IMG/VR virus record: IMGVR_UViG_3300025120_000020
From: a virus
Strand: one strand, 5' to 3'
Length of the DNA: 64,000 nt
Positions within the stretch are counted from its first letter, which is position 1. Each line of letters opens with the position of its first letter. The notes beneath the pieces were generated by a model that was not told the origin of the DNA, did no database searches, and saw only the letters and a list, made by a program, of their open reading frames with translations. Shown in pieces: positions 1 to 8,935 of the stretch. A program made the position numbers and the translations under genes.

Positions 1-2
1 TG

Positions 3-1529
3 GCCAAGAGCGCGTCAAACCTTGACCTTGTCGCGTCCTTAGAGAACCAAGTAAGCGGAGGCGCGAATGCGACCCAGACCACAGCATCCAAACAGCCCCG
101 CGCACACGCTCCAGTCGGCGGAGGTCATTTGTATCTATCAGGAGTGAGTGGGAACTACGCGAGTGTGCCTACAAGCACAGACTACGACAACCTTGCGAGC
201 TTCACGATCGAGACCGAAGTGAGCCTGACCGATTGGAACGACACCTCAGATGCTCAAGCTCTCATGGCGAGGGCTTATAGCTGGGAAATCAGAGTGCAAG
301 ACGGAGGCAAAATTCTTGTGGTTAATCGTAATTCATCGGGGTCGCAATACAATATCATATCGACAGCATCGCTGGGCCTCACCAACGGCACACTGGCTAA
401 GGTCAGAGTCATGCGTGATGGTTACGATTGGAGCTTTTATAAGGATGATGGGTCAGGCTTTGTGCAAGTAGGGTCTACCGTAACGACCGCGCAAAACACC
501 AATCAGGTCAACACAAGACCCATCGAGGTGGGTGCTTATAACAACGGCACTAATAAACCAGCAACGGGTTCGTTCAAACGTGCGCGACTGTGGGACAACG
601 CATCACCAGACTCGACTGACCCCATTCTGGATATGTCCTTCTCCGACGGCGACCATGAGGCATCCTCCTTCACCTGCTCGACAGGGCAGACGGTAACCAT
701 CAACACCTCAGGAACCGACCCCGCCACCATTGTTCGTAAATCATTCATGCGGATGGATATCGTCGATGACGAATATGAGTTCACAACGGATTCATCAGCG
801 GTCAACGGAACCATCGTCGTTGGAACACTTGAGGGAACCTACAGCGCAAACATCTCCCTTGATGCTTCTACGCAATACGACCTGCAAGCGCGTGGTGTGG
901 CATCTTCAGCGAACGTGGGATTCTTGAAGAACCCTGTGGGTTATCTCGTCTCCTCGTCGCCACTTAGTGAAAGTGAGGTCACTCAGATGGAGAACTACTT
1001 TGTTGATAAAGGGGCAGCAGCGAGGAGTGCATTTGGGAGTGTTACGAACTTCAATTCCGCATGGAAAGACTGCTCCTCAATCACATCATTCCCTGCGATC
1101 AACGCGCCATCAGTAACGGACTTCTATCGAGCATGGCGCCAATGCTCCTCTCTCACATCCTTTCCGCTGATTAATCCCGAATCGGCACTGCGCTTCCGTG
1201 AAACATGGTATGGCTGCACATCCCTCACCACGTTCCCTGCTAACTTCTTTGATGATTGGTCTCCCTCATCGCTATATACCAAAACGTTCGATAACGCATG
1301 GTATAACTGCACCTCCCTCACCGCTCAGTCCGTAGAAAACATCCTTGCCTCCATCGACACCAGCGGAGTCTACGGAACAAACACAGGGGCAAGCGGAGGC
1401 ACTCAGCTATCAGACATCACAATCGACATCGACTACGACGGAACCACGTTGTCATCCGCTACCGCCACGGCAATCACCAGCCTCAAATCTAAGAATTGGG
1501 CCATCTCAATCAACTCAGTAATTCAATAA
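3..1529 (+). CDS. Virion appendage/receptor-binding-like protein, 5'-truncated (LamG-like domain plus BspA/DUF285-like LRR repeats)
   Basis: Frame is open from base 3 (AKSASNLDLVASLENQ...ATQTTASKQP) into the 129..1529 ORF. Beta-sandwich segment (FTIETEV...IEVGAYN...FKRARLW). Repeats AWKDCSSITSFP/AWRQCSSLTSFP/TWYGCTSLTTFP. Visibly higher GC than the rest of the window. Confidence 0.6.
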   Translation, partial: AKSASNLDLVASLENQVSGGANATQTTASKQPRAHAPVGGGHLYLSGVSGNYASVPTSTDYDNLASFTIETEVSLTDWNDTSDAQALMARAYSWEIRVQDGGKILVVNRNSSGSQYNIISTASLGLTNGTLAKVRVMRDGYDWSFYKDDGSGFVQVGSTVTTAQNTNQVNTRPIEVGAYNNGTNKPATGSFKRARLWDNASPDSTDPILDMSFSDGDHEASSFTCSTGQTVTINTSGTDPATIVRKSFMRMDIVDDEYEFTTDSSAVNGTIVVGTLEGTYSANISLDASTQYDLQARGVASSANVGFLKNPVGYLVSSSPLSESEVTQMENYFVDKGAAARSAFGSVTNFNSAWKDCSSITSFPAINAPSVTDFYRAWRQCSSLTSFPLINPESALRFRETWYGCTSLTTFPANFFDDWSPSSLYTKTFDNAWYNCTSLTAQSVENILASIDTSGVYGTNTGASGGTQLSDITIDIDYDGTTLSSATATAITSLKSKNWAISINSVIQ

Positions 1530-1530
1530 T

Positions 1531-1920
1531 ATGCCTGAAGAAAATATAGAACTAACTCCAATCGAACAAAGCCGCGCCGAAACAGGACGGAGATATTTCG
1601 CGGTCGAACCTGATGTCTATGTCGCGATGTCTCAAGGAGTAGACCAAATTCGCAACTACCCAAAAGGTATAAATACAATTGCCCAGACACTGACGGGTCT
1701 AATCCCAATTGAGAAGCTGGAGACTGCAAATGATGACAGTGGCTTTGTCCTGACCTCTTTAGAGGTCTCGCGATTTACTGAGGCGGATGAAGCAATGATG
1801 GCTGATCCTATTGCATTAGGTCTGATTATAGAGATGACCAAAGCGGAGTTCGATACCCTAAAACCTTTGCCAATAGAGGAAATAGAGGAAATAGAGGAAA
1901 TAGAGGAAGATATAATTTAA
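1531..1920 (+). CDS. Hypothetical acidic protein (possible fibre-associated chaperone)
   Basis: 129 aa ORF starting 1 nt after the upstream stop; IEE-repeat tail. Confidence 0.6.
   Translation: MPEENIELTPIEQSRAETGRRYFAVEPDVYVAMSQGVDQIRNYPKGINTIAQTLTGLIPIEKLETANDDSGFVLTSLEVSRFTEADEAMMADPIALGLIIEMTKAEFDTLKPLPIEEIEEIEEIEEDII
1873..1908 (+). repeat. Tandem repeat (ATAGAGGAA)x4
   Basis: Four perfect 9-nt copies encoding IEE IEE IEE IEE. Confidence 0.95.
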
Positions 1921-1923
1921 AGG

Positions 1924-2175
1924 TTAAAAAGACTGCCTCTTCAAAGTTTTAAACATGTCATACAGGTATTGATCCTGCTTGCCAGCTTTTCTTACTTTAG
2001 TCTTCATTTCAAATGAATGTGATGTATGGGCGATCTCTCTTTTAATCACCCAGCCATCTTCAATAAAATAGTCGGTATCCCATTCAAATAACTCTGAAAT
2101 ATAATCAAGAGCAATCAAGTGTCTTTGACCCTCGGATATCTCAATTTCGACTTCCTGCTTACCTGTAATCTTCAT
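1924..2175 (-). CDS. Hypothetical protein
   Basis: 83 aa ORF with its own promoter-like element upstream. Confidence 0.7.
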   Translation of the reverse strand: MKITGKQEVEIEISEGQRHLIALDYISELFEWDTDYFIEDGWVIKREIAHTSHSFEMKTKVRKAGKQDQYLYDMFKTLKRQSF

Positions 2176-2183
2176 GAATTGTT

Positions 2184-2211
2184 ATTACACTATTTGTGTC
2201 CAGATTGTCAA
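2184..2211 (-). promoter_or_regulatory. sigma70-like promoter TTGACA-N16-TGTAAT (overlaps a GTGTA motif)
   Basis: Read from the minus strand; ATG 8 nt downstream of the -10. Confidence 0.6.
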
Positions 2212-2243
2212 GAGGATTATATTTGGGTTTTATTTCTTCACAA

Positions 2244-2933
2244 TTAATCTTTAATAAAAGTGGAGTGCATCAAAGGAGTATGGTCAACACCATGAAATCC
2301 AAATGTGTCATAAGTTGAGAGTTCATCCGTAATGTGCTTTTGTTCTGGACACGCATTCCACTCAACTCCGAATTTAGCTGCCAACTCAACGGGAGCAAAT
2401 TTAATTTTATAAAGGGACTCTAGCTCCTCCTTTGACTTTAAACAAATAAATACATCTTCATTTCCAAAGGGACCATTAAGAGGATCTGTTATCTTCTTAG
2501 TGGCTTGCAATAATTTCTTACTTCTAAGAGAGAAGCCTCCATTCCCAACCCTACGAGATTTATCATTTATTGGATCGCGCCAAGGAGAACCAATGTAATC
2601 ATAGTTAAGGAATTCATCTTTCCAAAGCGAAGCATCGATTATAAATCCATCGTTTTCAATCGTTAAAACAAAATCCGTATTTATGTGATTGTCCAAACGA
2701 TTAAGTTTGAAAAAATTATAAGATTCATAACTGGAGTCCAAGTCATCTTCAAAGACGAATCTAACTCCAAGCGCTTCAAATTTAGAGGTATCTAGGTTGG
2801 GGATTTTTGAGCAAATCACGAAATCATCGAATTCAAAAACAGAGATGCAATGTTTAACAATCCCCAAGGTTATCTCTACCTCATCTTCTGATGAAATATA
2901 AGTAAAAAGAGATATGGTTTTATTGGATTTCAA
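2244..2933 (-). CDS. DUF5672-like putative glycosyltransferase
   Basis: Motifs ENDGFI, YDYIGSPW, VGNGGFSLRS, NEDVF, FGFHG. Confidence 0.75.
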   Translation of the reverse strand: MKSNKTISLFTYISSEDEVEITLGIVKHCISVFEFDDFVICSKIPNLDTSKFEALGVRFVFEDDLDSSYESYNFFKLNRLDNHINTDFVLTIENDGFIIDASLWKDEFLNYDYIGSPWRDPINDKSRRVGNGGFSLRSKKLLQATKKITDPLNGPFGNEDVFICLKSKEELESLYKIKFAPVELAAKFGVEWNACPEQKHITDELSTYDTFGFHGVDHTPLMHSTFIKD

Positions 2934-2935
2934 GA

Positions 2936-3130
2936 CTAATCTTCAGTAAAAGTTATATCACGAACTTCAAGGTCTTCTGGGTTTTTCGCAGCGCGAGCTT
3001 CTGCTTTTTTTAGTTCATTTTCTGTAAAGAGAAAGTGTCTATCATCATCAGAACTAATCTGAATATAGACAAGCGCACCATTACCTCTCTTATCATTATT
3101 GACAACAGCCTTGATATATGCGTATTTCAT
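2936..3130 (-). CDS. Hypothetical protein
   Basis: 64 aa ORF tightly packed in a minus-strand run. Confidence 0.6.
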   Translation of the reverse strand: MKYAYIKAVVNNDKRGNGALVYIQISSDDDRHFLFTENELKKAEARAAKNPEDLEVRDITFTED

Positions 3131-3148
3131 GATGGTATTAGCCTGAAT

Positions 3149-3385
3149 TTATTCGTATTCAAAAAACGACTCTTCAATGCCACCCATAATATTGTCTTCC
3201 TCTATTGGACAATCGCTCAGAATGTTAGATAACATTTCATTTTCCTCTTCTGTAGGCTGTTCAGAGTCATCAAGTATCTTCTGAAATCTTTCGATAGAGC
3301 CAAAATTATCAATAATATCTCCATCCTCCAACTCATAAGTGCGAACTTGCTGGAGAGAGCGAAGTTCAATTTTTTTTATTTGCAT
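3149..3385 (-). CDS. Hypothetical acidic protein
   Basis: 78 aa ORF starting 3 nt after the thyX stop. Confidence 0.6.
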   Translation of the reverse strand: MQIKKIELRSLQQVRTYELEDGDIIDNFGSIERFQKILDDSEQPTEEENEMLSNILSDCPIEEDNIMGGIEESFFEYE

Positions 3386-3388
3386 AAT

Positions 3389-4006
3389 TTAATAACCCCA
3401 ACTATTTAAGGTATGTCTAAACGGATTTTCTTCGATATTCCTAACCAAGTCAAGCATTTTTTGAGCGATTTCTCTTATTTCTTTTTGAGCGTGTTCACTA
3501 TTCCTAAGTTTTAGGAAGTTTGCAAAGCTTCTCATGTTGAATTGAACATCTGCTTGAATACGACTATTGTAAGTCTTGAAGAACCGTGCGGATTCCTTTG
3601 CTCGTTTGCGCCCTAACTCTGGCTCAAGTTCAGCAATGCATTGGTGGTAAAGCTCATTCCCTTTTTGTGTGTAAGACACTAACATTTCCTGCCAAAACGC
3701 TGGCCAATCTTCAGGAAGAAACATTTTGTCTTCCTTAAGCTCTTTGTAGCGAGCCGATTCAGCATTGAGCGAAGAAATCCTATGTTTAAGCAAATGTATA
3801 TGACTGGCAATATCACAATCAACAAGAAAGTGAACGCTACCCTTCTCAAAGGGTGTCTCATGTCCGTTACTCCAAAGCATGTCGATGAGCTTCGGAATTC
3901 TCTGTCTTTTCTCTTCATTTAACTCTCTACTTGTTGAAGTCCATGCGCTACAAGCGATGACTTCATCAGATCCATAGTGTCCAAGTAATTCTACTGTATT
4001 TGTCAT
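3389..4006 (-). CDS. thyX: Flavin-dependent thymidylate synthase
   Basis: GHETPFE and ThyX signature variant HLLKHRISSLNAESARY; HAQKEIR. Confidence 0.93.
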   Translation of the reverse strand: MTNTVELLGHYGSDEVIACSAWTSTSRELNEEKRQRIPKLIDMLWSNGHETPFEKGSVHFLVDCDIASHIHLLKHRISSLNAESARYKELKEDKMFLPEDWPAFWQEMLVSYTQKGNELYHQCIAELEPELGRKRAKESARFFKTYNSRIQADVQFNMRSFANFLKLRNSEHAQKEIREIAQKMLDLVRNIEENPFRHTLNSWGY

Positions 4007-4012
4007 ATTTTA

Positions 4013-4783
4013 TCAATATTTAAATGGATTTGCCGTGATAAATGTATTTGGCATTATCTTCCTAACATAAACATACCCTGAATTACGATAAGAGTCAAGC
4101 ATGTGATTTGTTAATGTTCTAAAAACCTTTGGAGTTCTATCTTTTACGCCCTTATTATTCATGGTAATACTCCAATCAGAATAAGTGGTTGCTTGGCCCA
4201 TTTCAAAGTCCATGCCCAACTGTTTCGCTATTCCCCAAAAATAAAACTCATCAGCAAAGATAACTTTTTCTTTCACAAAGAACTGTGACCAGTGCTCAAA
4301 AGTCTCAACAAACACTTCCACATCTTTTCTTCGGCAAACAAAAAACTGACAAACAGCGTTATACTCACCAAAATCGTAACCTTTTATCCCCTCCTTGAAA
4401 ATCTTTTGACCTTTAACTTTTGTGTGGAAGCTAAAATGCTTGGTAAAAGTCGTTTTTTTATATTTTTTTTTGATCAGGTCTACTGTGGTATCCAAATCAT
4501 ACAGGGGGAAATGAGAATCGCTAATTAAAGTAAAGTATTCATTGTCCTCGTCCTCTAAAGCTGCCCTCATTAGCTCTATTGTCGCTTCTACTAATGAAAA
4601 ATGACCCCAAGCTGTTGGAACGGTATTTTTTATGCAGTAATTAGAGAATGGGTGCTTAGTTTGATGTTTTGAGTGCAAATAAAGATTAAAACAGTCCTTG
4701 TCTCCCTGATTAAAAAACTCCTCCCAAACGCGATTGTGATAAAAAGAATTGATTGTTAAATTCAAAAAAGCTACTTTTTCCAT
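4013..4783 (-). CDS. GT14 / Core-2 I-branching (Branch)-like glycosyltransferase
   Basis: KVAFLNL, W..FF, YLH, TAWGHFSLVEATIELM..AL..NEYFTLISDSHFPLY, ADEFYF. Start placed at MEKVAF. Confidence 0.78.
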   Translation of the reverse strand: MEKVAFLNLTINSFYHNRVWEEFFNQGDKDCFNLYLHSKHQTKHPFSNYCIKNTVPTAWGHFSLVEATIELMRAALEDEDNEYFTLISDSHFPLYDLDTTVDLIKKKYKKTTFTKHFSFHTKVKGQKIFKEGIKGYDFGEYNAVCQFFVCRRKDVEVFVETFEHWSQFFVKEKVIFADEFYFWGIAKQLGMDFEMGQATTYSDWSITMNNKGVKDRTPKVFRTLTNHMLDSYRNSGYVYVRKIMPNTFITANPFKY

Positions 4784-4829
4784 TAATTTGTGTTTATAGT
4801 GTATTATAATAGTATAACCCAATTATACT

Positions 4830-5186
4830 ATGGACAATTTTGAAAATCCCTTAGAAAGTCAGGCCAGCGTCAATGATGCTGGAGAAATGGAAGTAACCAT
4901 CGCCAAGAAGTATTCTCAAGCAGAAGCTGGAGTTTACAAGTCTTACATGCACATGTGCGCTATGGACGATAAAATGTTTACAGATACAGCTGGGATGGGT
5001 GATAAGGATACTTACGGTGCTTGTGCCATGCAATATGGTAAAATGCGAGCCATGATGATGGACGATAGCAAAGGAGAACTCACTGAAAAACAAAAGAAAT
5101 TACCCCCAGCATTACAAAAAGCCATCATCGAGAAGATGAAAAAAGAGGGTAAGAATAAAGAAGACGAGAAAGAAGAAAAAGAATAA
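4830..5186 (+). CDS. Hypothetical phage protein
   Basis: 118 aa with LTEKQKKLPPALQKAI segment; GTGTA motif upstream. Confidence 0.7.
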   Translation: MDNFENPLESQASVNDAGEMEVTIAKKYSQAEAGVYKSYMHMCAMDDKMFTDTAGMGDKDTYGACAMQYGKMRAMMMDDSKGELTEKQKKLPPALQKAIIEKMKKEGKNKEDEKEEKE

Positions 5187-5221
5187 TTGATTTTTATATC
5201 TTTTTTCTATAAAATCTTTTA

Positions 5222-5521
5222 GTGAAAACGATTGTTAAAAAGAAATTAGAAATCGAAACTAAAAGACATGATTTCGATAACGAATTTGCTTATATCGAAA
5301 CGTGGCACAACACACAGCTGAAAGATTGTTTTTTCGCAGAGAAGCAATTCCTCTGGCCTGATGGTAGCTTGAAGGCTGGAGGAAAAAAATATTTCTTAGG
5401 CAGGAGTCTTGATTCCCCAGAAAAAGAGATTAAATGTATTAATTATAATAATTTTAACTACTTCGACCATCTATACTTTTTTGGTGAAACTGGAGAGGTT
5501 ATAAATATATTGAACAAGTGA
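5222..5521 (+). CDS. Hypothetical protein
   Basis: 99 aa, GTG start 6 nt after TTGATT-N17-TAAAAT. Confidence 0.6.
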   Translation: MKTIVKKKLEIETKRHDFDNEFAYIETWHNTQLKDCFFAEKQFLWPDGSLKAGGKKYFLGRSLDSPEKEIKCINYNNFNYFDHLYFFGETGEVINILNK

Positions 5522-5522
5522 T

Positions 5523-6395
5523 ATGGCTGAAGAAGTAGAAGAGGTAAAATCGCTAACTTACCACGTTCAAGGAAATAGAGCAAACGCTGCTACATATACT
5601 TTTTATTCAGCTCCTTTCTTCCCAGAGATAAAAGAGGAAGCGGATACAATTAAGGTCAAATTCAATGAGGGTTATATTTACGATCATGCGAATATGACAA
5701 CGGATGATTTTGAGGATAAAACTAGCGATAATGCCTCCATCCCCCGAATTAAAGTCGAAGACTTAGAGCATACTCATGCCGAAGGTGAGAAGGTCGAATA
5801 TTCTATAGAAATCATAAGAAACGAGAAAACTGGAGAAGTAGTTTCAGCAAAAATTATTAGAACTGATCAAAAAACTAATGCCGAGACTTTTAGGAATTTT
5901 ATTGTAGAAAATGAATTAGAAACCCCCCCGCAACTTTTAAATCCACCAAATAAAACTCCAGAAGGGAAAGAAAGTTTTATCTACATCGATTTAGCTGATT
6001 TTAAAGGGTTTGAACTTAAAGAACTTTATGTAAGAGAAAATATTCACGTTTACTATAGGGGTTTTGAACAATTATCGGATAAAGATTCTGATAAAGTAGG
6101 CTCCGAAGAAGATCCATTCCCAATATTACTTACAACAGGAACGACTGGAGCGAATGGGATGATAGGAGTAAAGGCTTTAGTTGAGGAGAAAGATCGCTCG
6201 GACAATGTATCGGATGAAAACATCCTTGACATAACTGATGATGAGAATCAGATTTACCTATTTGTGCCAAAGTTCGACGATTCATTTTTGCAAGAGCAAA
6301 TTGACGCTTGTGCAACGACAGCACAACTAACCGCTTTGCAAGCCTCGGTCACCACCTCACTTGCGGCGATGCAAGCTCAAATTGATGATCTCTAG
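5523..6395 (+). CDS. Hypothetical acidic protein with C-terminal coiled coil (possible virion protein)
   Basis: 290 aa; ends TTAQLTALQASVTTSLAAMQAQIDDL. Confidence 0.65.
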   Translation: MAEEVEEVKSLTYHVQGNRANAATYTFYSAPFFPEIKEEADTIKVKFNEGYIYDHANMTTDDFEDKTSDNASIPRIKVEDLEHTHAEGEKVEYSIEIIRNEKTGEVVSAKIIRTDQKTNAETFRNFIVENELETPPQLLNPPNKTPEGKESFIYIDLADFKGFELKELYVRENIHVYYRGFEQLSDKDSDKVGSEEDPFPILLTTGTTGANGMIGVKALVEEKDRSDNVSDENILDITDDENQIYLFVPKFDDSFLQEQIDACATTAQLTALQASVTTSLAAMQAQIDDL

Positions 6396-6420
6396 ATTGA
6401 TTCGATCAATGCGGCAATCT

Positions 6421-6729
6421 TTAAAAATAAAGTTCATCAAAGAACCTATTTCCATTATATGCCTTGTCATCAATCCAAAAATCATATGCTGGCTTGTTCA
6501 TCTTAAGCTCTGTATATTTGACCCCCCACTCTTTAAGTTGCTTCTTTGTAAGCTCCGACCAATCTTTTCCTGAGTTCCCTCCTCTCGCAGTCCAGTAGAT
6601 TACTGTATTGCCACTATCAACCAATCCATTGAAATATTGAATACGAGCTTTCATAGGGCGAGCTAATTCATATCTGCCCCGACTATCTGTGCAAATAGTC
6701 CCATCAATGTCTACGATAAAAGTTTTCAT
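6421..6729 (-). CDS. Minimal HAD-family phosphatase (capsule-biosynthesis type)
   Basis: Motif I VDIDGTI, motif II WTAR, K-P and IDDK motifs III/IV. Confidence 0.85.
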   Translation of the reverse strand: MKTFIVDIDGTICTDSRGRYELARPMKARIQYFNGLVDSGNTVIYWTARGGNSGKDWSELTKKQLKEWGVKYTELKMNKPAYDFWIDDKAYNGNRFFDELYF

Positions 6730-7202
6730 AGTTCTTTAATTTTTGTTATAATTTTCGTGGCACTTATATCCTCAGAGAATGGAATGAAATATACCTCTGT
6801 TTGTCCACAGGATGCCTTCTCAGACGGATGTAATGTCGCAATGCTATAATCTCCACCTTTATACCAACGAGAGGGCTTAAGGTGTCTCAGGTAGCCAGAA
6901 ACTGTTGCGTCATTAAACACAAACACATGGTCAACGCACTCATGACAAGCTACAAGAAAGGCTCTCTGTTTTTGGCTGATAATAGGTCTTTCTGAACCCT
7001 TATTTTGCTTAACGCTTTCATCTCCATTCACGCCGACAACTAATTCGTAATCATCGGGCAAATCTTCCTTAATTGATTTCAGAAGGTGTGCATGACCTGC
7101 GTGAAACAAATCAAAGCAACCATTAGTAAAGGCCATATTTTTCGTTCCCGTCGAAAAATGGTGCATAATCTTAGTTATATTAGCTATTTTAGGATGATTC
7201 AT
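6726..7202 (-). CDS. rfaE2: Heptose-1-phosphate nucleotidyltransferase (RfaE domain II / HldC-like)
   Basis: FTNGCFDLFHAGH (HxGH), VGVNGDESV..NKG..RPI, KGGDY. Confidence 0.9.
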   Translation of the reverse strand: MNHPKIANITKIMHHFSTGTKNMAFTNGCFDLFHAGHAHLLKSIKEDLPDDYELVVGVNGDESVKQNKGSERPIISQKQRAFLVACHECVDHVFVFNDATVSGYLRHLKPSRWYKGGDYSIATLHPSEKASCGQTEVYFIPFSEDISATKIITKIKEL

Positions 7203-7948
7203 ATCGTTGCTGTTCCAGCTTTACTGATGACAATGCTACAGCAAGTCTGAGCGTAGTCAATCGCTGAATCTATATCTTGATTGAATAAATAGTTAGTCGC
7301 AAAAGCAGCAAGGAAAGTGTCTCCAGCACCACTCACATCTCTCACTTGAGCGACAGATTTCAAAGGGTATTTCTTTCCTTTGAACCTACATCCTCCACCC
7401 CCTAAAGTAACAATAAGGTTATCCATACCCATCCCTTTAAATCCATTCTCTTTGTATTCCTTTTCGTTGATTTTAATCAGATCAAATGAATTAGCCCACT
7501 TTGAATTATATTTCTTTTTAGTGTCTAAAAAAGACATTTGAGCATTATCTGCAATATATTTTAAATCTTTGTCTGTCAGATATCCCTTATTGTAATCAGA
7601 AACGATTACAGCATCATAAGACCACACGTTTGCTTCATGCAACTTTAATTCATCAATCTCTTTATACTCATCTGAATCAACGCGCAAAAACATTTGATTA
7701 GAATTAGAGTCAATATATCTAACCTTTGCTCCAGTGCTTTTATTGCTTTTAATCTCTACCTCTGCCTTTTTACCTAAATCATCAAGGCAAGCAATGACAT
7801 TTCTATGGACGTTAAAGGCCATACCCATAAAGGTAACTGAGTCCTCCTGCTTAAAAACAGGGACTGGAGCTTCTGGGCATAATCTATCAGCAGACCCATA
7901 AGTAAAAATGTCTAAGCATGACTCTCCAATAACAAGAATTTTTTTCAT
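7199..7948 (-). CDS. rfaE1: Heptose-7-phosphate kinase (RfaE domain I / HldA-like, PfkB family)
   Basis: ILVIGESCLD..G..RLCPEAPVPV, VSDYNKG, DVSGAGDTF. Confidence 0.88.
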   Translation of the reverse strand: MKKILVIGESCLDIFTYGSADRLCPEAPVPVFKQEDSVTFMGMAFNVHRNVIACLDDLGKKAEVEIKSNKSTGAKVRYIDSNSNQMFLRVDSDEYKEIDELKLHEANVWSYDAVIVSDYNKGYLTDKDLKYIADNAQMSFLDTKKKYNSKWANSFDLIKINEKEYKENGFKGMGMDNLIVTLGGGGCRFKGKKYPLKSVAQVRDVSGAGDTFLAAFATNYLFNQDIDSAIDYAQTCCSIVISKAGTATI

Positions 7949-8319
7949 TTCTGCGAATCTCCTTTTTGAACCCTGTAAGAATCTTCCTCAAAATGCTGAG
8001 TGCTTACTTCAAATACAGAAGATTCTTCTATAGCAATGAGTTTATGAGGTATACAAGGCTTTAAATGAATTGTCTCTCCAACCCGCAAGATCATTTCTTT
8101 TTCCTCGGCATTACTCAAATCATAATATTTTAAAAGAAGTTTACCTTTTATTACGGCCCAAGTTTCTTCCTTCTTGATATGGTAGTGCATGGAGAACTCC
8201 GCTCCTTTATTAAACTTTAGAATTTTTCCGCAATAAAGTTCGTTGTTCGTAATCCAGATCTCTTTACCCCAGCCCTTTGCATAAGTCTCAACAATACCTT
8301 TGATTGGCTCCATGCTCAT
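7945..8319 (-). CDS. Cupin sugar-phosphate isomerase-like protein
   Basis: KGWGKE, SMHYHIKKEETW, PHKL, EVST (mannose-6-phosphate isomerase type II-like cupin). Confidence 0.8.
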   Translation of the reverse strand: MSMEPIKGIVETYAKGWGKEIWITNNELYCGKILKFNKGAEFSMHYHIKKEETWAVIKGKLLLKYYDLSNAEEKEMILRVGETIHLKPCIPHKLIAIEESSVFEVSTQHFEEDSYRVQKGDSQK

Positions 8320-8325
8320 TAAGTA

Positions 8326-8353
8326 ATTTTAGCTAGAATACATGAAAATTCAA
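8326..8353 (-). promoter_or_regulatory. sigma70-like promoter TTGAAT-N16-TAAAAT for the heptose operon
   Basis: ATG 6 nt after the -10; lies just downstream of a terminator. Confidence 0.6.
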
Positions 8354-8363
8354 TAGCTAATCA

Positions 8364-8392
8364 TAAAAAAACCGTCCCGAAGGACGGCTTTT
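8364..8392 (-). terminator. Rho-independent terminator
   Basis: Minus strand GCCGTCC-TTCG-GGACGGT followed by a T run. Confidence 0.85.
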
Positions 8393-8552
8393 AAATTATT
8401 TAAAATGATTTATGTTTATTGCTGCTCTTTCCCCCTCTCCTTTCCTTTTACCTCGCCTTTATTAGAAATAGCTGAGTAACAAAAAAAAGATGAGATAGCT
8501 GACAATACAATTATCCTCACGGTTTAATCACATAAATTATGATGCGTTATTT

Positions 8553-8753
8553 TTACTTATCGCCTTTATCTTTGGCTTTACCAAAATTAATGCTGAGAAA
8601 ATCTACGACTTTGTAAGCTTTCGACAGCCAAGTCCCCTGTTTTGGGGTTGGGGAAGCAGCAGCAAATGCACTAGCCGCAGCAATAACAGCACAAGCCCAG
8701 TTAAACCAAACTTTATCTTCAACGAACGATGTAATAATCTCAATAATATCCAT
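8553..8753 (-). CDS. Small membrane protein, holin-like
   Basis: 66 aa, hydrophobic helix WACAVIAAASAFAAA then PTPK and a basic C-terminus. Confidence 0.55.
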   Translation of the reverse strand: MDIIEIITSFVEDKVWFNWACAVIAAASAFAAASPTPKQGTWLSKAYKVVDFLSINFGKAKDKGDK

Positions 8754-8803
8754 AACAATATTTTGTTTGTATAGCTTATTACACCAAGCGAGGCAACAGG
8801 GAA

Positions 8804-8935
8804 TTATCTGCCTTGTCCCCTGTAGGGTTTTTTGTAATTTTTAGAGCTTTTAATGCTAGAGGTCTTGCTTTTAGCATGAACTCCTTTGCGCCTAATCTTC
8901 TTCTTTTCCTCGTAAGTTTTGTTTGCTTTTTTCAT
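8804..8935 (-). CDS. Small highly basic protein ending YRGQGR
   Basis: 43 aa from MKKANK; ATGA-like coupling to the upstream stop region. Confidence 0.65.
   Translation of the reverse strand: MKKANKTYEEKKKIRRKGVHAKSKTSSIKSSKNYKKPYRGQGR

Noticed and set aside
1050-1529. DGR variable region in the LRR-repeat protein
   Set aside because: No reverse transcriptase and no near-identical template repeat in the window; the repeats are diverged protein repeats.
8416-8520. 34-codon GTG ORF (VRIIVLSAISSFFCYSAISNKGEVK...)
   Set aside because: Very short, weak start, spans a homopolymer run; cannot be supported as a gene.
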